Assembly (NCBI RefSeq): GCF_036321535.1
Contig: NC_087452.1
Coordinates: 40,424,001-40,488,000 of the forward strand
Length of the DNA stretch: 64,000 nucleotides
From: Camelus dromedarius
Lineage: Eukaryota
Direction: 5' to 3'
Shown here: one piece after another, positions 48,527 to 61,157 of the stretch
Position numbering within the stretch: position 1 is the stretch's first letter
Layout of the letters: the number at the start of each line of letters is the position of its first letter
The notes under the pieces: generated by a model
What the model saw: the letters and a program-made list of their open reading frames with translations, nothing else
The model's database searches: none
Told to the model about the DNA's origin: nothing
Made by a program: the position numbers and the translations under genes

Positions 48527-49123
48527 CATGAATTTTGAAAGGCTGAAAGTGAGATGGTTCCCTGGTAATTAGCTTAGCTAAGCAGGTAAATCTTAAACCT
48601 GGTGCTGCAGATGGCCAAGGCAACAAGAAGCAAGTGGTGAACCGCCGGCACAGAACCCAAGGGAGACGCAGGATTTAGAGATACCAATAACCTCTAAGTG
48701 CAGGGAGAGGGTCTGTAGGGTGAAGCTGAAAAGGATGTGCGGATAGTTTGAATGTGGAGCTGATAGACGTCACCCCCAGATTGGCCCCCCCTACCCCAGG
48801 CAGCTGAGGGACATGCTGGCAGGAAGAGATTTATTTGCTGGAAAGTTTACACAGCTGAGGATGGGGTGAGACGTTGTACAGAGGAGTTAAGCCTCCGTTC
48901 TGGGTGATACTGATTCATTCCCTATCTGGTGTGGGAATTCTGGTGCCAAACAAAGGCATCTCAGGAAGGAGACTTGAAGCCTTTAAATCTATGTAAGTAT
49001 ATTACTTGGATTCAAATAAAATTAAACTAAAAGAAAGAGAGTGGAGGAGCTAATATAATACATGACTCACCAGGAAGTTCAGCTCAAGTTATGATTTATA
49101 GCAAAGCTCCTGGATAGTCTGCA

Positions 49124-50161
49124 TTACCGTGGCTGAAGAGGCTGTGGGATGAGCATGGGGGTGGGGGGGGACAGCTGGCTGAGCCTGGGGTCTCCAGAGA
49201 TCTCAGTGAGGACAGCCCTCTGAATTTGCCGGTGTGAGAGGTTGAACTCACGCTGGGTTAATACTTCGGGTGACAAGAGTAAGGAGTCTACAGTAGCCCT
49301 AATTTGGGGGTAAAGGGGACCAATTCTGGTCATGGGAAACCTAAGAAGAAAGAATTGGATATTTTCAAGAAAGAGTCTCCAAACATATACATATCCACCC
49401 CCAGAGGAGTCGGGGGCAGAGGTCCTGAATGACCTGTTTGAATTACTTTTTAGTGACATGCAAGAAATTTTTTTGGTTTCTAACGACTCTGCCAGAGATT
49501 CATAGCCCACCATATTACGAGCTTTTACTGGAGGCAGAGTATGGTGGACCCTGTCGATGTTCCCCTGAGTTCTCTTTACCACCCCAGCCACTGCAGGCAC
49601 TGTGGCTAATGGCTTACACGGTGAGATCCCCAGATTGCTGTGGCTCATGGAAGCTTCCTCACCAGGAACCGTCCTGAGAGATTAAATCCCTGTCCCTCGG
49701 GGGGGGGGATCCAGACAGGCTGTATGCCTTTCCTCTTGAGAACTCTTGGCCTTTTCCCTAGAACTTTTCCATTAAGCCTTCTCAAATGTAGACGTATTCA
49801 CAGGAGGTGCTTAAAAAACCTCCTCCTTCCTCTTGGGTACAGGGAGAACTCCTGCCCGTAGACGTATGGGTCTTTTATCTTGGTATTCTCTCTTTTGGCT
49901 TAGTTTCCGGAATTTTAAACTTTCCAGGTTGACAATACGCCGAGGCTTTTGTCCTGGGTGCAGTGACTTCTGAGAGTTTGTCTGTTACCTGTAATCCATT
50001 GATTTCTTTTCAAATGTCGTTGATTAACGAGTAGGCTTGTTGCAGGTTTGAGGTTTTGGCATTCCACAACGTGTGAGCCCCAGCTGGACACTTTGGAGCG
50101 GGCAACATCCACGAGGATAGTGCCGGAAATTGGCTCCTGAAGCCTGTTTCTTTGGCCACAT
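49124..50161 (-). pseudogene. Unidentified decayed reading frame (346 codons, 5 internal TAA stops; last 174 codons intact)
   Basis: ATG at 50161 is in frame with the 49124-49648 ORF (offset 513 nt = 171 codons). Internal stops at 50024, 49985, 49811, 49772 and 49682. No repeat consensus or protein family recognised. Confidence 0.45.
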
Positions 50162-50189
50162 CACTGCACTTTCTTCTTCAGTGGCCCTG

Positions 50190-50510
50190 TGTCTTAGGTT
50201 AGGCTAAATAGAGGCAGAGTCTGAGGTAGGAATTTGGATGCTTGAGGTTTACTGGGGGAGCATTCCTAGGAGAAGGGGAAGGAGGGAAGCAGCTGAGCAG
50301 GGATGTGGTCCCTGGTGAAGCCCAGCCACGGCCTGATCCTCAGACAGCTCTGGAGTGTGAATTTCATCCCAGCATCGTTCCACGGTGAGGCAGGGAGACA
50401 GCGTTTTGTAGCCCCATGTCAATCATTGGGCCTCGGGGTGGGGTTTCGCTCTTGGGCATCTCCAGGTGAGGAGGCTGTCAGTCAAGGAGAAGGTCATAGA
50501 CAGCCAGGAA
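50190..50510 (-). mobile_element. LTR16-like ERVL LTR (3' part)
   Basis: Plus strand 'tgtcttaggtt...gcagagtctgagg...gcctgatcctcagacagctctggagtgtgaatt...gaggcaggga...tgtagccccatgtcaatcattgg' is the reverse complement of the LTR16 pattern. Confidence 0.75.
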
Positions 50511-50559
50511 AATTCCCGAGAGTCGGTTTGAGGGGGTAAGGAGGCCTGCGGATCTAGAG

Positions 50560-50900
50560 CTTGGCAAAAGAAGAAGAGACATGATGTGGGGCCTTGCAAG
50601 TCGAGATGTGACTCTGTGTGAGATGGCATCACTGGGTGGTCATGAGCAGCTAAGGTAGATGATTGGGTGTCCCTTTCAGAAGACCCACCTCTGGGGGTGG
50701 CAGGGAGGCAGGTACAGATGCCTGAAGCCCACCTGAAGGCTCTAGGAGAGAAATGGTCATGGTTTCTGTAGGTGTGGTAGGGCTGGGAGTCATGAGAAGT
50801 GGCTAGATTCAAAATTTTTTAAAAAACTGATATTTTGAAAGAAGGATGTTTTGAAAGCAGAGTCAACTTTACTTGCTGGTAGATCATATGTGTGCAGGAA
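50560..50900 (-). mobile_element. L2 fragment
   Basis: 'gaagtggctagattc...gatattttgaaa...gagtcaactttacttgctggtagat'. Confidence 0.5.
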
Positions 50901-51039
50901 CCAGAGGAGTCAGGGTTGACTATATGAGTTTTGCTCTGAGCAGAAAAGGGAGAGGGGCAAGCTTGACAGAGCAAAAGGGGGACTACGGAAAGCAGAGTGT
51001 AGTTTTGGGTATATCAGTAGTTCTTCTTTCATGCTGCTG

Positions 51040-52230
51040 TGTACTATTTCTTTGCTATACCGCAAAGCTTGTCTATTCATTCACCAATTGATGGACACGT
51101 GGGTGGTTTCCAGTTTGGAACTATTATGAACTGAGGCTTCCAAAAATATTCTTATACAGATCTTTAGTGAATATGAGGACAGACGTCTGCTCTGCATATA
51201 TTTAGCAGCAGACTTCTTGGGTCATATGCAAACGCGCTAATTTTTAATTCTAGCATTACATTTTGATTCTTGTTCATATTTTTCAGTTCTCTTATAAAAT
51301 TCTCTTTTCCTGAACATTTTATTCATAAAAAATTGTAGTGCCCCTCTCTGATAGCTCGAATAACATCTCATCTGTGATTCTGCTTCTATTGTTGGTATTT
51401 CTCTTGGTCCTGTTTCTTAGGAAGGCTTTGTAATTTCTTGTTGAGTGCTGTATATTGTGTGTCAAATTGTAGAAACCCTGAGTGATGTTTTCTTTCTCTA
51501 AAAAGGCTCAGTGTCTCCTCTGGTAAGCAGATAGTGAGGTGATGGGTTGATGACCTTAATCCATTCAGAGACCGAGCTGATCCAGGTTTGGGTTACACTT
51601 TCGGCACAAGTTAGTCTACCTCTGATTCCTCTTGCTTCTGCTGTATGATCCTTTGGGATTTCTACTTGGCCCTCTCTTCCATATCAGTCCAAAACGCAAT
51701 TTTTAATTTTCTCAGTACTATGAAAATGTAGAAAATTCTGCTTTGCCCTTGGTCTTTCTTCCCAGGGTCTTGTATTTCCTCCCAGCACTGTTTAAGAATT
51801 TGACAAGTACTTCCAAGAAAACTGACAGCATTGGACTCAATTCCAAGTACAGCTTCTCTCACTGGGGTCTTGTGGCTGTTTGGGCATCCCCAAACTCCAC
51901 TTTTCGTCCGCAGGTCTGTGAGATTGCTAGAATTTCTGCTTGGTTCTCTCTTCCTTTCTTTGCCTTCTGCCTGGATCGGTGCCAACAACTGGCAAATTCC
52001 CTGAAGGCAGACCAGGTCTAGAATTTCGGCTCACCAGTCTGCAGTTTCCTTCCTCCAGAATCTTGGCCCAGAGTCTTGTTTTCTCAGGAGTTCTCTGTGG
52101 CCTCCAAACGGATGAAATTTTGCATTTTATCCAGCTTCTCAAGTCAGTCTTAGGAGACCACCAGTCTGTTGCAAGTCACTGCATCTTATCTAGAAGTGGA
52201 AATCTGCTATCATTTAATTTTAATAACTAT
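51040..52230 (-). mobile_element. Old L1M fragments (3' piece, then ORF1/5' UTR-type region)
   Basis: 'tgtctattcattcaccaattgatggacac...tttccagtttggaactattatgaa', and a T-rich L1M 5'-region pattern up to 52230. Confidence 0.55.
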
Positions 52231-52544
52231 TCATTACATGTAGCACATATCTTCTTTTCATTTTTATCTTACTTTACTATTTTTTAAATTCCCATGGACC
52301 TACCACTTTTCATCATTCTTTTAAAAACCCTAGTTATTTTTTTAAAATATGGGATTCAGCCAACAGTGCATCAGGAAGAAACCACAGAAGACGCATATTT
52401 TCATGTTTAAACAACAGCAAATAAGAAATTCAGTTGATAAACATTTGACTCATGAAGTCACATCAATAAACAAAACAAATCTGGAAAAGAGCAGAAAGAT
52501 TACATCAAGGTTAAAGAAGATTTTAAAAAACAACAAATATGTTA

Positions 52545-53660
52545 AAAAAAAATGATAAGACGAGTCAGAGATTGGGAGAAAATCTTTACAAAACAGAGGT
52601 CTAAGAAGGGACTGATATCCAAGTATACGAAGAACACTTAAAACTCAACAATAAAAAAATGAACAGCCCAATTTAAAGATGCACAAGAGATCTGAACACC
52701 TCACCGAAGAAGACAGATGGCAAATAAGTGCATGAAAGATGCTCAGTCCTATGTCATCAGGGAATTGCAAATTAAGGCTGTAGTTAGGCACTACTACGTA
52801 ACACCTGTTAGAATGGCCAAAATCCAGGGCACTGACACCACCAAATGCTGGTGAAGATGTGGAGCAACAGGAACTCTCATTCACTGCTGACAGGAATTCA
52901 TACTGGTACAGACAGTTTGGCAGTTCCTTATAAAACTAAACACACTCTTACCATACAGTTCGGTAATCATGTTCCTTGACATTTACCTAAGTAAGCTGAA
53001 AATGTATGCCCACACAAATACTTGCACGTGAATGTTTATAGCAGATTTATTCCTAATTGCCAAGACTTGGAAGCAACCAACATGTACTTTTTTAAGTCAA
53101 TGGACAAACAGGTACATCAAAAAAAAATGGAATATTATTCAGTGACAAGAGGAAATGAGCTATCAAACCACAAACAGACGTGGAGGAAAGTTAAATGCAT
53201 GTTACTAAGTGAAAGAAGACAAGCTGAAAACACTATGTACTGTACGATTCCAGCTATGTGACATTCTGGAAAAGGCAAAACTCGGCAGGCAGTAAAAAGA
53301 CCAGCTGTTGCTAGTGGATCAGGTGAGGGAAGGATGCACAGGTGAAATGCAGGGAAATTTTAGGGCAGTAAAACTGTTCTATGTGATATTGTAATGGTGG
53401 ATATGCGTCATTATACATTGGTCAAAACCCAGAGATTGTGTAATATTAAAAGTGAACTCTGATATAAACTATGGACGTTAGTTAATAATGTATCAATATT
53501 GGCTTATCTGTTGTATCAATTGCACCACACAAATGCAAGATGTTAATAAAAAGAAAACTATGTGTGTGTCGGAGGTGGGGGACAGGTATGGAAACTCTGT
53601 ACCTAAATGTTTCTCTAATACTAAAAATGCTATAAAAAATAAAGTCTATTATTTTTTTAA
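52545..53660 (+). mobile_element. L1MC1/2-type ORF2 end plus 3' UTR (sense)
   Basis: 'gattgggagaaaatctttaca...ggtgaagatgtggagcaacaggaactctcattcactgct...gtcaaaacccagag...aaactatggacgttagttaataatgtatcaatattgg'. Confidence 0.92.
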
Positions 53661-53771
53661 GTGAAAATAATGAAATAGAACTGATCAATTAGGTGATGCA
53701 CTGGTTTTTTGGGGGTGGGAGAAACAATAATAAACAGGATGAAACTCTGTTACAATTAATAAAGAAGGAAA

Positions 53772-53990
53772 AATAGCAAACACTTATCATAACCAACACT
53801 GTTCTAAGCACTACACAATAGCCCTAAGGTATCAGTGCTGTTACTGTTCCCGTTTTCCAGATGACAGCACAGCCTGGGCAGATTTGGATAACTCATCCCA
53901 ATGCACCCAGCTTGCCTGAGGTTCACATAGCAGATGATGGGGCTGGGTGTTAACCCAGTTCGTGTCGTTCCAGTGTCTGTCCTCTTAGCT
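53772..53990 (-). mobile_element. MIR remnant
   Basis: 'aatagcaaacactta...cactgttctaagcact...cccgttttccagatga...cttgcctgaggttcacatagc'. Confidence 0.7.
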
Positions 53991-54269
53991 ACTAAGAAGT
54001 ACTGCCAGAACATAGCTAGCAGTCAATAAGTGTTATCTATGATCGTTAAGGAAAGCCTGGACATACAGCATTAGAAACTATAACTGTCACTTAAGAAACA
54101 GATTTTGTTGATGACAAAACATTACTATAGTAATAAAGTGGAAAATCTAGAAGAAATTGATATGTGACTGTGTGTCAGCAACTCTCTTGTCTGGGACCCC
54201 TGCCCACCCCTCTTCTGGGTGGATTTCTGGGAACTGCTCTTGTTTCCATTGTGCTGCGCACTCTGGCAG

Positions 54270-55060
54270 TCACTCAGATTTCCCCCCAACCCCAGCCCCT
54301 GACAACCACTAACCTACTTCCCGTCACTGTGGAGTTCTCTTCTGGACAGCTCATATAAATGGAATCATACAATATTTGGTGTGCTGTGCCTGGCTTCTTC
54401 AGTTAGCATAGTGTTTTCCAAGGTTCATTTGTGTTGTAGCAAGTATCAGCCCTTCATTCCTTTCTGTTGCTGAATATGGTTCCATTGTATGCATAGACCA
54501 CATTTCATGTGTTCGTTCATCAGTTGATGGACACTGGCTTGTTCCCACTTTGTTACTATTATGAATATTGCTGCTATGTGCCTTCTGTATAAGTGTTTGT
54601 GTGGACACATGTTTTCATTTCTCTTGGGTATAACCCTAGAAGTGGAATTGCTAGGTAATATGACAGCTCTTTGTTTGACCATTTGAGGAATTACCAGACT
54701 GTTTCCTCAAGTTGTTCTGGACCATTTTAAATTCCCATCAGCAGTATATGAGGATTCAAATTTCTTCACATTGTCACCAACGCTTACTATTATCTGTCTT
54801 TTTGATTATAGCCATTGAAGTGTGNNNNNNNNNNNNNNNNNNNNNNNNNNNNNNNNNNNNNNNNNNNNNNNNNNNNNNNNNNNNNNNNNNNNNNNNNNNN
54901 NNNNNNNNNNNNNNNNNNNNNNNNNNNNNNNNNNNNNNNNNNNNNNNNNNNNNNNNNNNNNNNNNNNNNNNNNNATTGTCTTTTTTATTGAGTTGCAAGA
55001 GTTCTTTATATGTTCTGGATACAAATCTCTTATTAGATATATGATTTGCAGTCTATTTCT
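54270..55060 (-). mobile_element. L1MB-type ORF2 end plus 3' UTR, with N-run 54825-54974
   Basis: 'cccagcccctgacaaccactaacctactt...atataaatggaatcataca...ttgagttgcaagagttctttatatgttctggatacaa'. Confidence 0.9.
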
Positions 55061-55579
55061 TTCAACATTAAACATTTAACATGTTTATAGTTGACTCAAT
55101 TTATAGGCATCTGAATCTTTTAGAGCGCAAGTATCTTGCTTTCCTGAAACTGAGTTATTGATAGAGAATGTATAAAGTTTGTGAACTATTTTACTAGATT
55201 ATAAAGTATAAGCTAATCTCTGAAGACCTATGTTTAATAATGGAACTTTCCATATTTCACTTTGGCAATTCAATTTTAATAAGAAATGATTTCATTTTTC
55301 TCTGTGTCTTAAGAAGAAATTTTGTTAATAATACATAATCCCTAGACTATAGTAACTATGTCAGAACCTCCGAAGAAAAATTGGCTGAATATTACATTTT
55401 TAAAAGGAATTTAATCAAGATTATACCCTAATTCCCTCTTATCTAGCCCAGGCCTCCGTACAACAGAGACCCATGTCTAAAGGCACACAGGGCCATCCCA
55501 GCACAATGTGCCAGGGAAATCCATCAGTAAAGGGACTGTAGAAATGATCCCAGGAGTAGATTCTCCACTTGAAATACTC

Positions 55580-55800
55580 CTTTATTCATTCAGCAAATAT
55601 CTCTCAAGATGTGCTGCATGCCAGGCACTGTTCTAGACCCTAGGATAACAATGGAGAGTGAAAACAAATATCGCCTCCATATTAGTGGGGAAGACGGGTT
55701 AATGGAGTGAACACGCAGTAGAGTGGAGTGTTGTCGTTGTGACAGTGCCGTGCCAGAGCATGATTAGGAGTGATCAAAGAGAGCTTCTCGGAGGCAGTGG
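55580..55800 (-). mobile_element. L2 3' region
   Basis: 'tttattcattcagcaaatat...atgccaggcactgttctagaccctaggataaca'. Confidence 0.7.
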
Positions 55801-56004
55801 CACTCAGGGTTTTTCTGAAGACAGAGCTGGAGTTAACCAGACAAGGGGAAGGCTGAGAGCCTCTCCCTGCACCAAGCTGGCCTTGGGAAGAATGACTCTG
55901 GGATAAGTGAGGAGTGGAGATAGCAGCGAGCGGAGGGGCGCTCCATGAGCAGATGTCCAGCTGAGGCTGGAGGCATCATCCCAAGCCGGTGGGTCACTCT
56001 CTTT

Positions 56005-56130
56005 ACCTCCAGCTGTGTGACTTTGGGCCAATCGTTTAACCTCTCTGATCCTGTTAAATGGGAATCATTCCTACCTAACCGGATTGCTCTGAGAATTAAA
56101 GGAGATGCCAAAATAAAATACCCAGGACAG
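56005..56130 (+). mobile_element. MIR core
   Basis: 'cagctgtgtgactttgggccaatcgtttaacctctctgatcctgttaaatgggaat...ggattgctctgagaattaaa'. Confidence 0.8.
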
Positions 56131-57059
56131 TGTTTTTGCCTCTAGTAACCACTACAGGTATTTGGGGGAAAATATAAGCTAATATGAGCTATAGTGCCTG
56201 TCCTCGCCTCTGGCTCTCCCAGCTCATCTCTGTTGCAGAACTCCCTGGCCTTTGATGCTAACCTGAGAAGCCCTTGAGACCCTCACTGCTACCCCTGCTT
56301 AAGTCACAACTGTCTTCCTCCAATGTGAGTTATTTTTTAAAAAAAGAAAACTACAAGAATGTGCATTATTGATTGTTCTAGAAGAAATAAATTCATCTAC
56401 TGTATGTGTATGTGTGTATGTATACATGCAAGCTTATTTGCATCTTTCTTTTGAGGGGAAAATTTTAAGGTAAAAAATGCAATAACCTAGATAATTCAAA
56501 AGAAAACAGGAAGCCCTGAAAAACCAAAATTTTTTTCAAGAAGGATGCCTTGCTCAAATATAGAATTATTCCCTGCTCCCCCTTCCCCCAGCCTGCATGC
56601 CAAATGTAGTTAATAGCCTAGCATTTTCAGAAATAGCAGTCTGGTAGTTTCATGGATTTTTAAGTCTTGAGCCAGATGTTTAACATACAGTTGAAAGGAC
56701 TGGTCGTTTTAGTCATAAGACGTTAGTCTCAGCTATATTTGTATCAGGAGGCTTGCCTGGGATGAGGGCACCAATCTATTCCAAGTAATTTTGTATCTGT
56801 GGAAAAGTTTGCTGACCATGACAGGAACTTTGGAGTTACATTTTCAAGAAGATGGTAAATTTGTAACTTTGTCTTCACTATGTAAGGTCTTCATGATATA
56901 TTCAGCCATGTAGGCAGACTCTGATGTTTGACCATTGCTTGAAATATTCATCCATTTTTCTCTTTTTTAATATAAGTTTATTAACCAGTGAAATCTGAAT
57001 AGTCTGAAGTTTAGTTGATAACATTGTACTCTTATGAGTTAGCGCTAGCACTAGTTAAT

Positions 57060-57200
57060 TTTTTAGATTCGACAAATGTACCGTGGTTATGTAAGGTGTT
57101 AACAGGAGGAGAAACTGGGTGAAAGGTAGACAGGAATTCCATGATCTTTGCCACTCTATAAATCTAAATTAATTTCAAAATTAAAAGTTTATTTTTTAAT
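57060..57200 (+). mobile_element. L1MC-type 3' terminus
   Basis: 'gacaaatgtaccgtggttatgtaaggtgttaaca...gaaactgggtgaaagg...ataaatctaaattaatttcaaaattaaaagttt'. Confidence 0.75.
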
Positions 57201-58059
57201 GGAAGTTTTTTAAAGCTTCAAATGCTTTGTTTAATTTACGCTTTGACTTTATTTTTGTTTTCTTTCTCACCCATTTTGACATTTCCCTGCTAAAAGGACT
57301 CCTAAATAGGCATTGTATACTCACTGCTTTGCCCGCAGCTTTATCTAGATTCTGAGTTGGAGCTTAGAGCTGTCAGAGAGCCTCCCTGGGCCAATTATTT
57401 AATTAGAAGTAAGAATATTGAATGTTGAACTATCCCCTCCCCCAAACAGACATGCTAGCTGAGGAGTCCAACTGACTGAACACTTAAGGTCTCATAATGT
57501 ACATCAGAGATACTTGCCCAACTATAAGGTCCAACCCCCAGATTTATAGTGCACAGACGCAATGTTGTCAATATCCTAAAGATGATCATGGTCTAAAGAA
57601 CAGGCTCACACATAGCACACTCTCAGGAGACTGGTGAAAGGAGGCTTTCAGATTGTTTCTCTCTGTATATAACTGTGACAGCTCTGAGAACGAATCTGAG
57701 CCCTGCAAGCCGTTGGATTCAGCAGGGAGGCGGAAGTTCTATGTCTGGCTTTGCTAGTCTTCAAGGAGGATATCCCACCATTAACCAGGTGGAAGAACTT
57801 GGCAAGACACATTGTGATTGGACTCGATGACCTAGGGTCCACCTCATGATAATTCTAAAGCTCCCAAATATTTATGTCCAAATGCAGGACTTACAGACTT
57901 ATTTGTTGTCAACATCTGACACCAAGAAGTTGGTTGTAGGGAACAAAGTAGAGAAGACCTTAAAACCGGGACAAAAGGTGGTTTCTGTGAAAATCGATTC
58001 GACTTCAGAGATCATACAAGCATTCCTGACTGTCTTTCATCTTAAGTAAAGCAAAACAA

Positions 58060-58480
58060 ACTCTCCTTTGACTCCTTACCTGCTTCTAGATACGGTCATA
58101 TTTTCTACCCTCTTCAAAGCCAAACCATAAAATAATGGTCTACACAGTGTTTCCATTTCCACACTGCCTGCTTTCTTTCCTTCCCACTCCAGTCTTGCTT
58201 CTCCCCTACTGCTTGCCTGAAACTTCTCTAGTCAAAAGTCACCCACAACCTCCACATTGCTGTACATTTCAGTCGTCATCTTGACCTCTCAGTAGCATCT
58301 GGCATAGCTGACCTCTCTGGTTGTCACGAAACACTCCCTTCTCTTGGGTTCCATGACAGCACTCACTCCAAAGCTTACTGATCACACACTGGTTGACTGA
58401 GTTCTTTCCTCAGACCCTTTGCCCAGATACATCTAAGGGTTGGACCTCTTAGGATTTCAGTTCTCAACCTTATTATTTAT
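58060..58480 (+). mobile_element. L2 ORF2 fragment
   Basis: 'gtcatcttgacctctcagtagcatctggcatagctgacc...aaacactcccttctcttgggttccatgacagcact'. Confidence 0.8.
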
Positions 58481-60139
58481 CTTAATACTGGTGTCCTGGG
58501 TGCCATATTATTTGATTGCCCCAAGCTTGGATCATATGCCTACTGTATTGGGGCTCATGATGAAAACCCCCACTAGTAGTACATGAAATGGACAGGAAGC
58601 TCTCCAAAGGAATCAGAAGGGAATTGAATGAGGAAGACATTGGGAGAGCAGCTCTAACCCACTGCACTCAGGTCAATTGGAAGATTAGTAACAGGTTCTC
58701 CTCCCGCGTGCTAACCCTACAGAAAAGTGGCCCCAAATGCGGGGTTCATTTCTCTCTCTCCTAGTTCCTGGGCCTATAATTCTTCACTGTCTTCTTAATT
58801 TCCTGATGCTTCCAAGCAGATTCTTTAAAAATGCTTTCTTCTATTTTTCTAGTTGTCATTCTTGGTGAGAGGTTGGTCTGAGTGACTTAGGTACTGTTAC
58901 CAGAAGTGAAAATTCTTAGGGTGGAATCTTGTCTCAAAAAAACTCATTCGAGTTGATGGTGCCTGATTCTCTAGTCTGGTGGCCCATCTACTCTGGTCAT
59001 AGGCGAAAAAGCCCTCAGATTCAGCCTTTGGTAACTGCACTGTTTTTGAACAAAAGCACTTTTCTAGAGTTCTTAGACACTCTGATGATGGAAGAAAGTG
59101 TTGTTGTATTTCTTGCATTAAAACTCTAAGTAGAATCTGGATTGAATGTCCTAATTTTCCAAAGGCAGCTTGGCATTCAATCTGTTAACTAAAGTTCATT
59201 CTTGATGAATCATAGCTAGAGAGTCTGGATCACACACCAGTGATTTTTCTATTGATGTAAATAATTTGCAGAGGAAAAGCTGTGACTCCGTGATAGGTGA
59301 TCTAGTTAAATCGCATGAACTTGCTTGATTTGTTGGATTTTCCATAAGCACTGAAAACTCAGAAGGAGCACATGTGTTCTCATTTTGAAATAGTTAGTCT
59401 ATCATCTGGTTGGGTGTTAGTGCTGTTTATTCTAATCTAAGAACGCCATCATTTTTTACTCAGAATTTCCCTGTATCTAAAAATCACATCTTATTAACTT
59501 CTCACAGAGTTAATTTGGTTCTGTTTATTAATTCAGGAGAAAGAAGAAAGAGAATTAACACCAAAGGCATTTGAGTGAATACAAGCCTCTGTTCAGTAGT
59601 TCATGGTTCAGGGGGCAGTGAGACCTTGAATCTCGAGGCTGCATCTGGCTAGTAAAGGCTTCTAAAAAATATTGATGACCCTTTGTATGTATCTACGATC
59701 AGAGCCACCCACCAGCACAGGTCCAGGATCCCTGCATTCTCACACAGTCACTGGACATCCTGCATGGAGGAGGGGGCACTACTATGCAGTCTTAACTAAG
59801 AAACAAATGCTCTCAGGAAGCTGCCCCTCCCCCCCAGTTTCTGCGTTCCCAAGTATTCCTGAACGTCCTCAGGTTCATCTAGGACCCCTTCACCCAACAC
59901 AAAACCCTATCCCTTGCAGTGCACCCTTTATATTTGCCTGCATCACCTCATGAGAGTGGTATTACATGGTCTTAACTGGGACTCCTTGGTATGTCTCTGC
60001 TCAGTTCCCAGGGGTTCTGACATATACCCCGTGGGATGACTTCCCCAGATAGCTCTGCCAGTCTTTAGCTTTGGAACCACTATGGTTTATAAGTTCTTCT
60101 TCTGGTATGATGGTGTAGCCTCCTAGTAGTCTAATCCTC

Positions 60140-60870
60140 CTATTATGACTGATGACTTCCCAAAGTTGATGAAAGTTATAAATTTAAAGATTGGGGAATC
60201 TCAGCAAACTCTAAACAGGATAAACAAACACACAAACAAAAAAGATTCTCTGACAGGTCACAGGCAAGCTGCTGAAAATCAAAGATAAAGGAGAAATCTT
60301 GAGAGCAACAGAGAAAAGTGACAAATTATATACAAGAAAATGGTTTGAAATATTGCATACTTCTCATCTGAAACCGTAGAGGCCAGATGACAGTGGAAAA
60401 CACTTTTAAATTGCTGATGGGGGTGGGGAATCCTGTTAGCTCAGAGTTTTATATCCAGCAAAAATATCCTTCAAGAATTTTGGCAAAATAAAGACATTGC
60501 AAGTAAAACTAAGATAATTTGTCCCCAACAGATGTGCTCTACAAGAAATGCCAAAGAATGTTCTCCAGAATGAAGGAAAATGACACCGGAGGGAAACTCA
60601 GATTTAAAAGATGTAGAGAGAGCATTCAAATGGTGAGTATTTCAGCAAATATAATAGATATTTTTTTGCCTTAAGTTGTTTCAAATAACTATGACTGTTT
60701 AAAGTTAAACTTATAACATTCCCTTGTCAGATTTATAACGTTTGAAAATGTGATATATTTGACAACTGTAGTATGAAGAATAATGGGTAATAATTAAGCT
60801 TACATTGCAAAATTTTCATATTTTACATAAATTATTATATTAATTCTAAGTAGACTATAGACATATTCTG
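60140..60870 (+). mobile_element. Old L1M ORF1 / inter-ORF region (sense)
   Basis: 'gacttcccaaagttgatgaaag...aagctgctgaaaatcaaagataaaggagaaatcttgagagca...ttatatccagcaaaaatatccttcaagaa' are ORF1 C-terminal motifs. Confidence 0.85.
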
Positions 60871-61157
60871 TATGTGACATGAATAGAATTTAACGTTTTA
60901 GGGGGCTTTCACATGTATTTTGATTCCAACCATCCTAAGACAAGAAAAGATTTCATTATCCACTTTTTTAGAGTAAAAGGAAAAAAATCTGAGCCATTAA
61001 GCAATGAGCCTGAAATTACAGCTAGAAAGAATACAGATCTAAATCCTAATTCAGGGCCGAATTGGTTCATCTGTCCTCTCATTTAACCTCTTCTTGGCTC
61101 AAGTTTATTATAAACTTTTCTGTGATGTGATTTCAATCATCAGAGGCTACTGAGGTC

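Larger units (their letters stand above)
14362..54974. other. Six N-runs: 14362-14529, 40367-40517, 45850-46002, 46151-46344, 46430-46558, 54825-54974
   Basis: Read directly; lengths 168, 151, 153, 194, 129 and 150 nt. All lie inside or at the edge of interspersed repeats. The coordinates only bracket the set. Confidence 0.99.

Noticed and set aside
49680-49860. Plus-strand 'GGDPDRLYAF...W' resembling the sushi/RTL gag motif GDPxRL..F
   Set aside because: The diagnostic VxFLISLLTGxAxxW block is absent and the frame has stops; the resemblance is probably chance.
49890-50070. Short matches to INTS12 (VECQ, QVTDK, PETK)
   Set aside because: The matches are spread over different frames, the spacing is wrong, and the PHD cysteines are missing.
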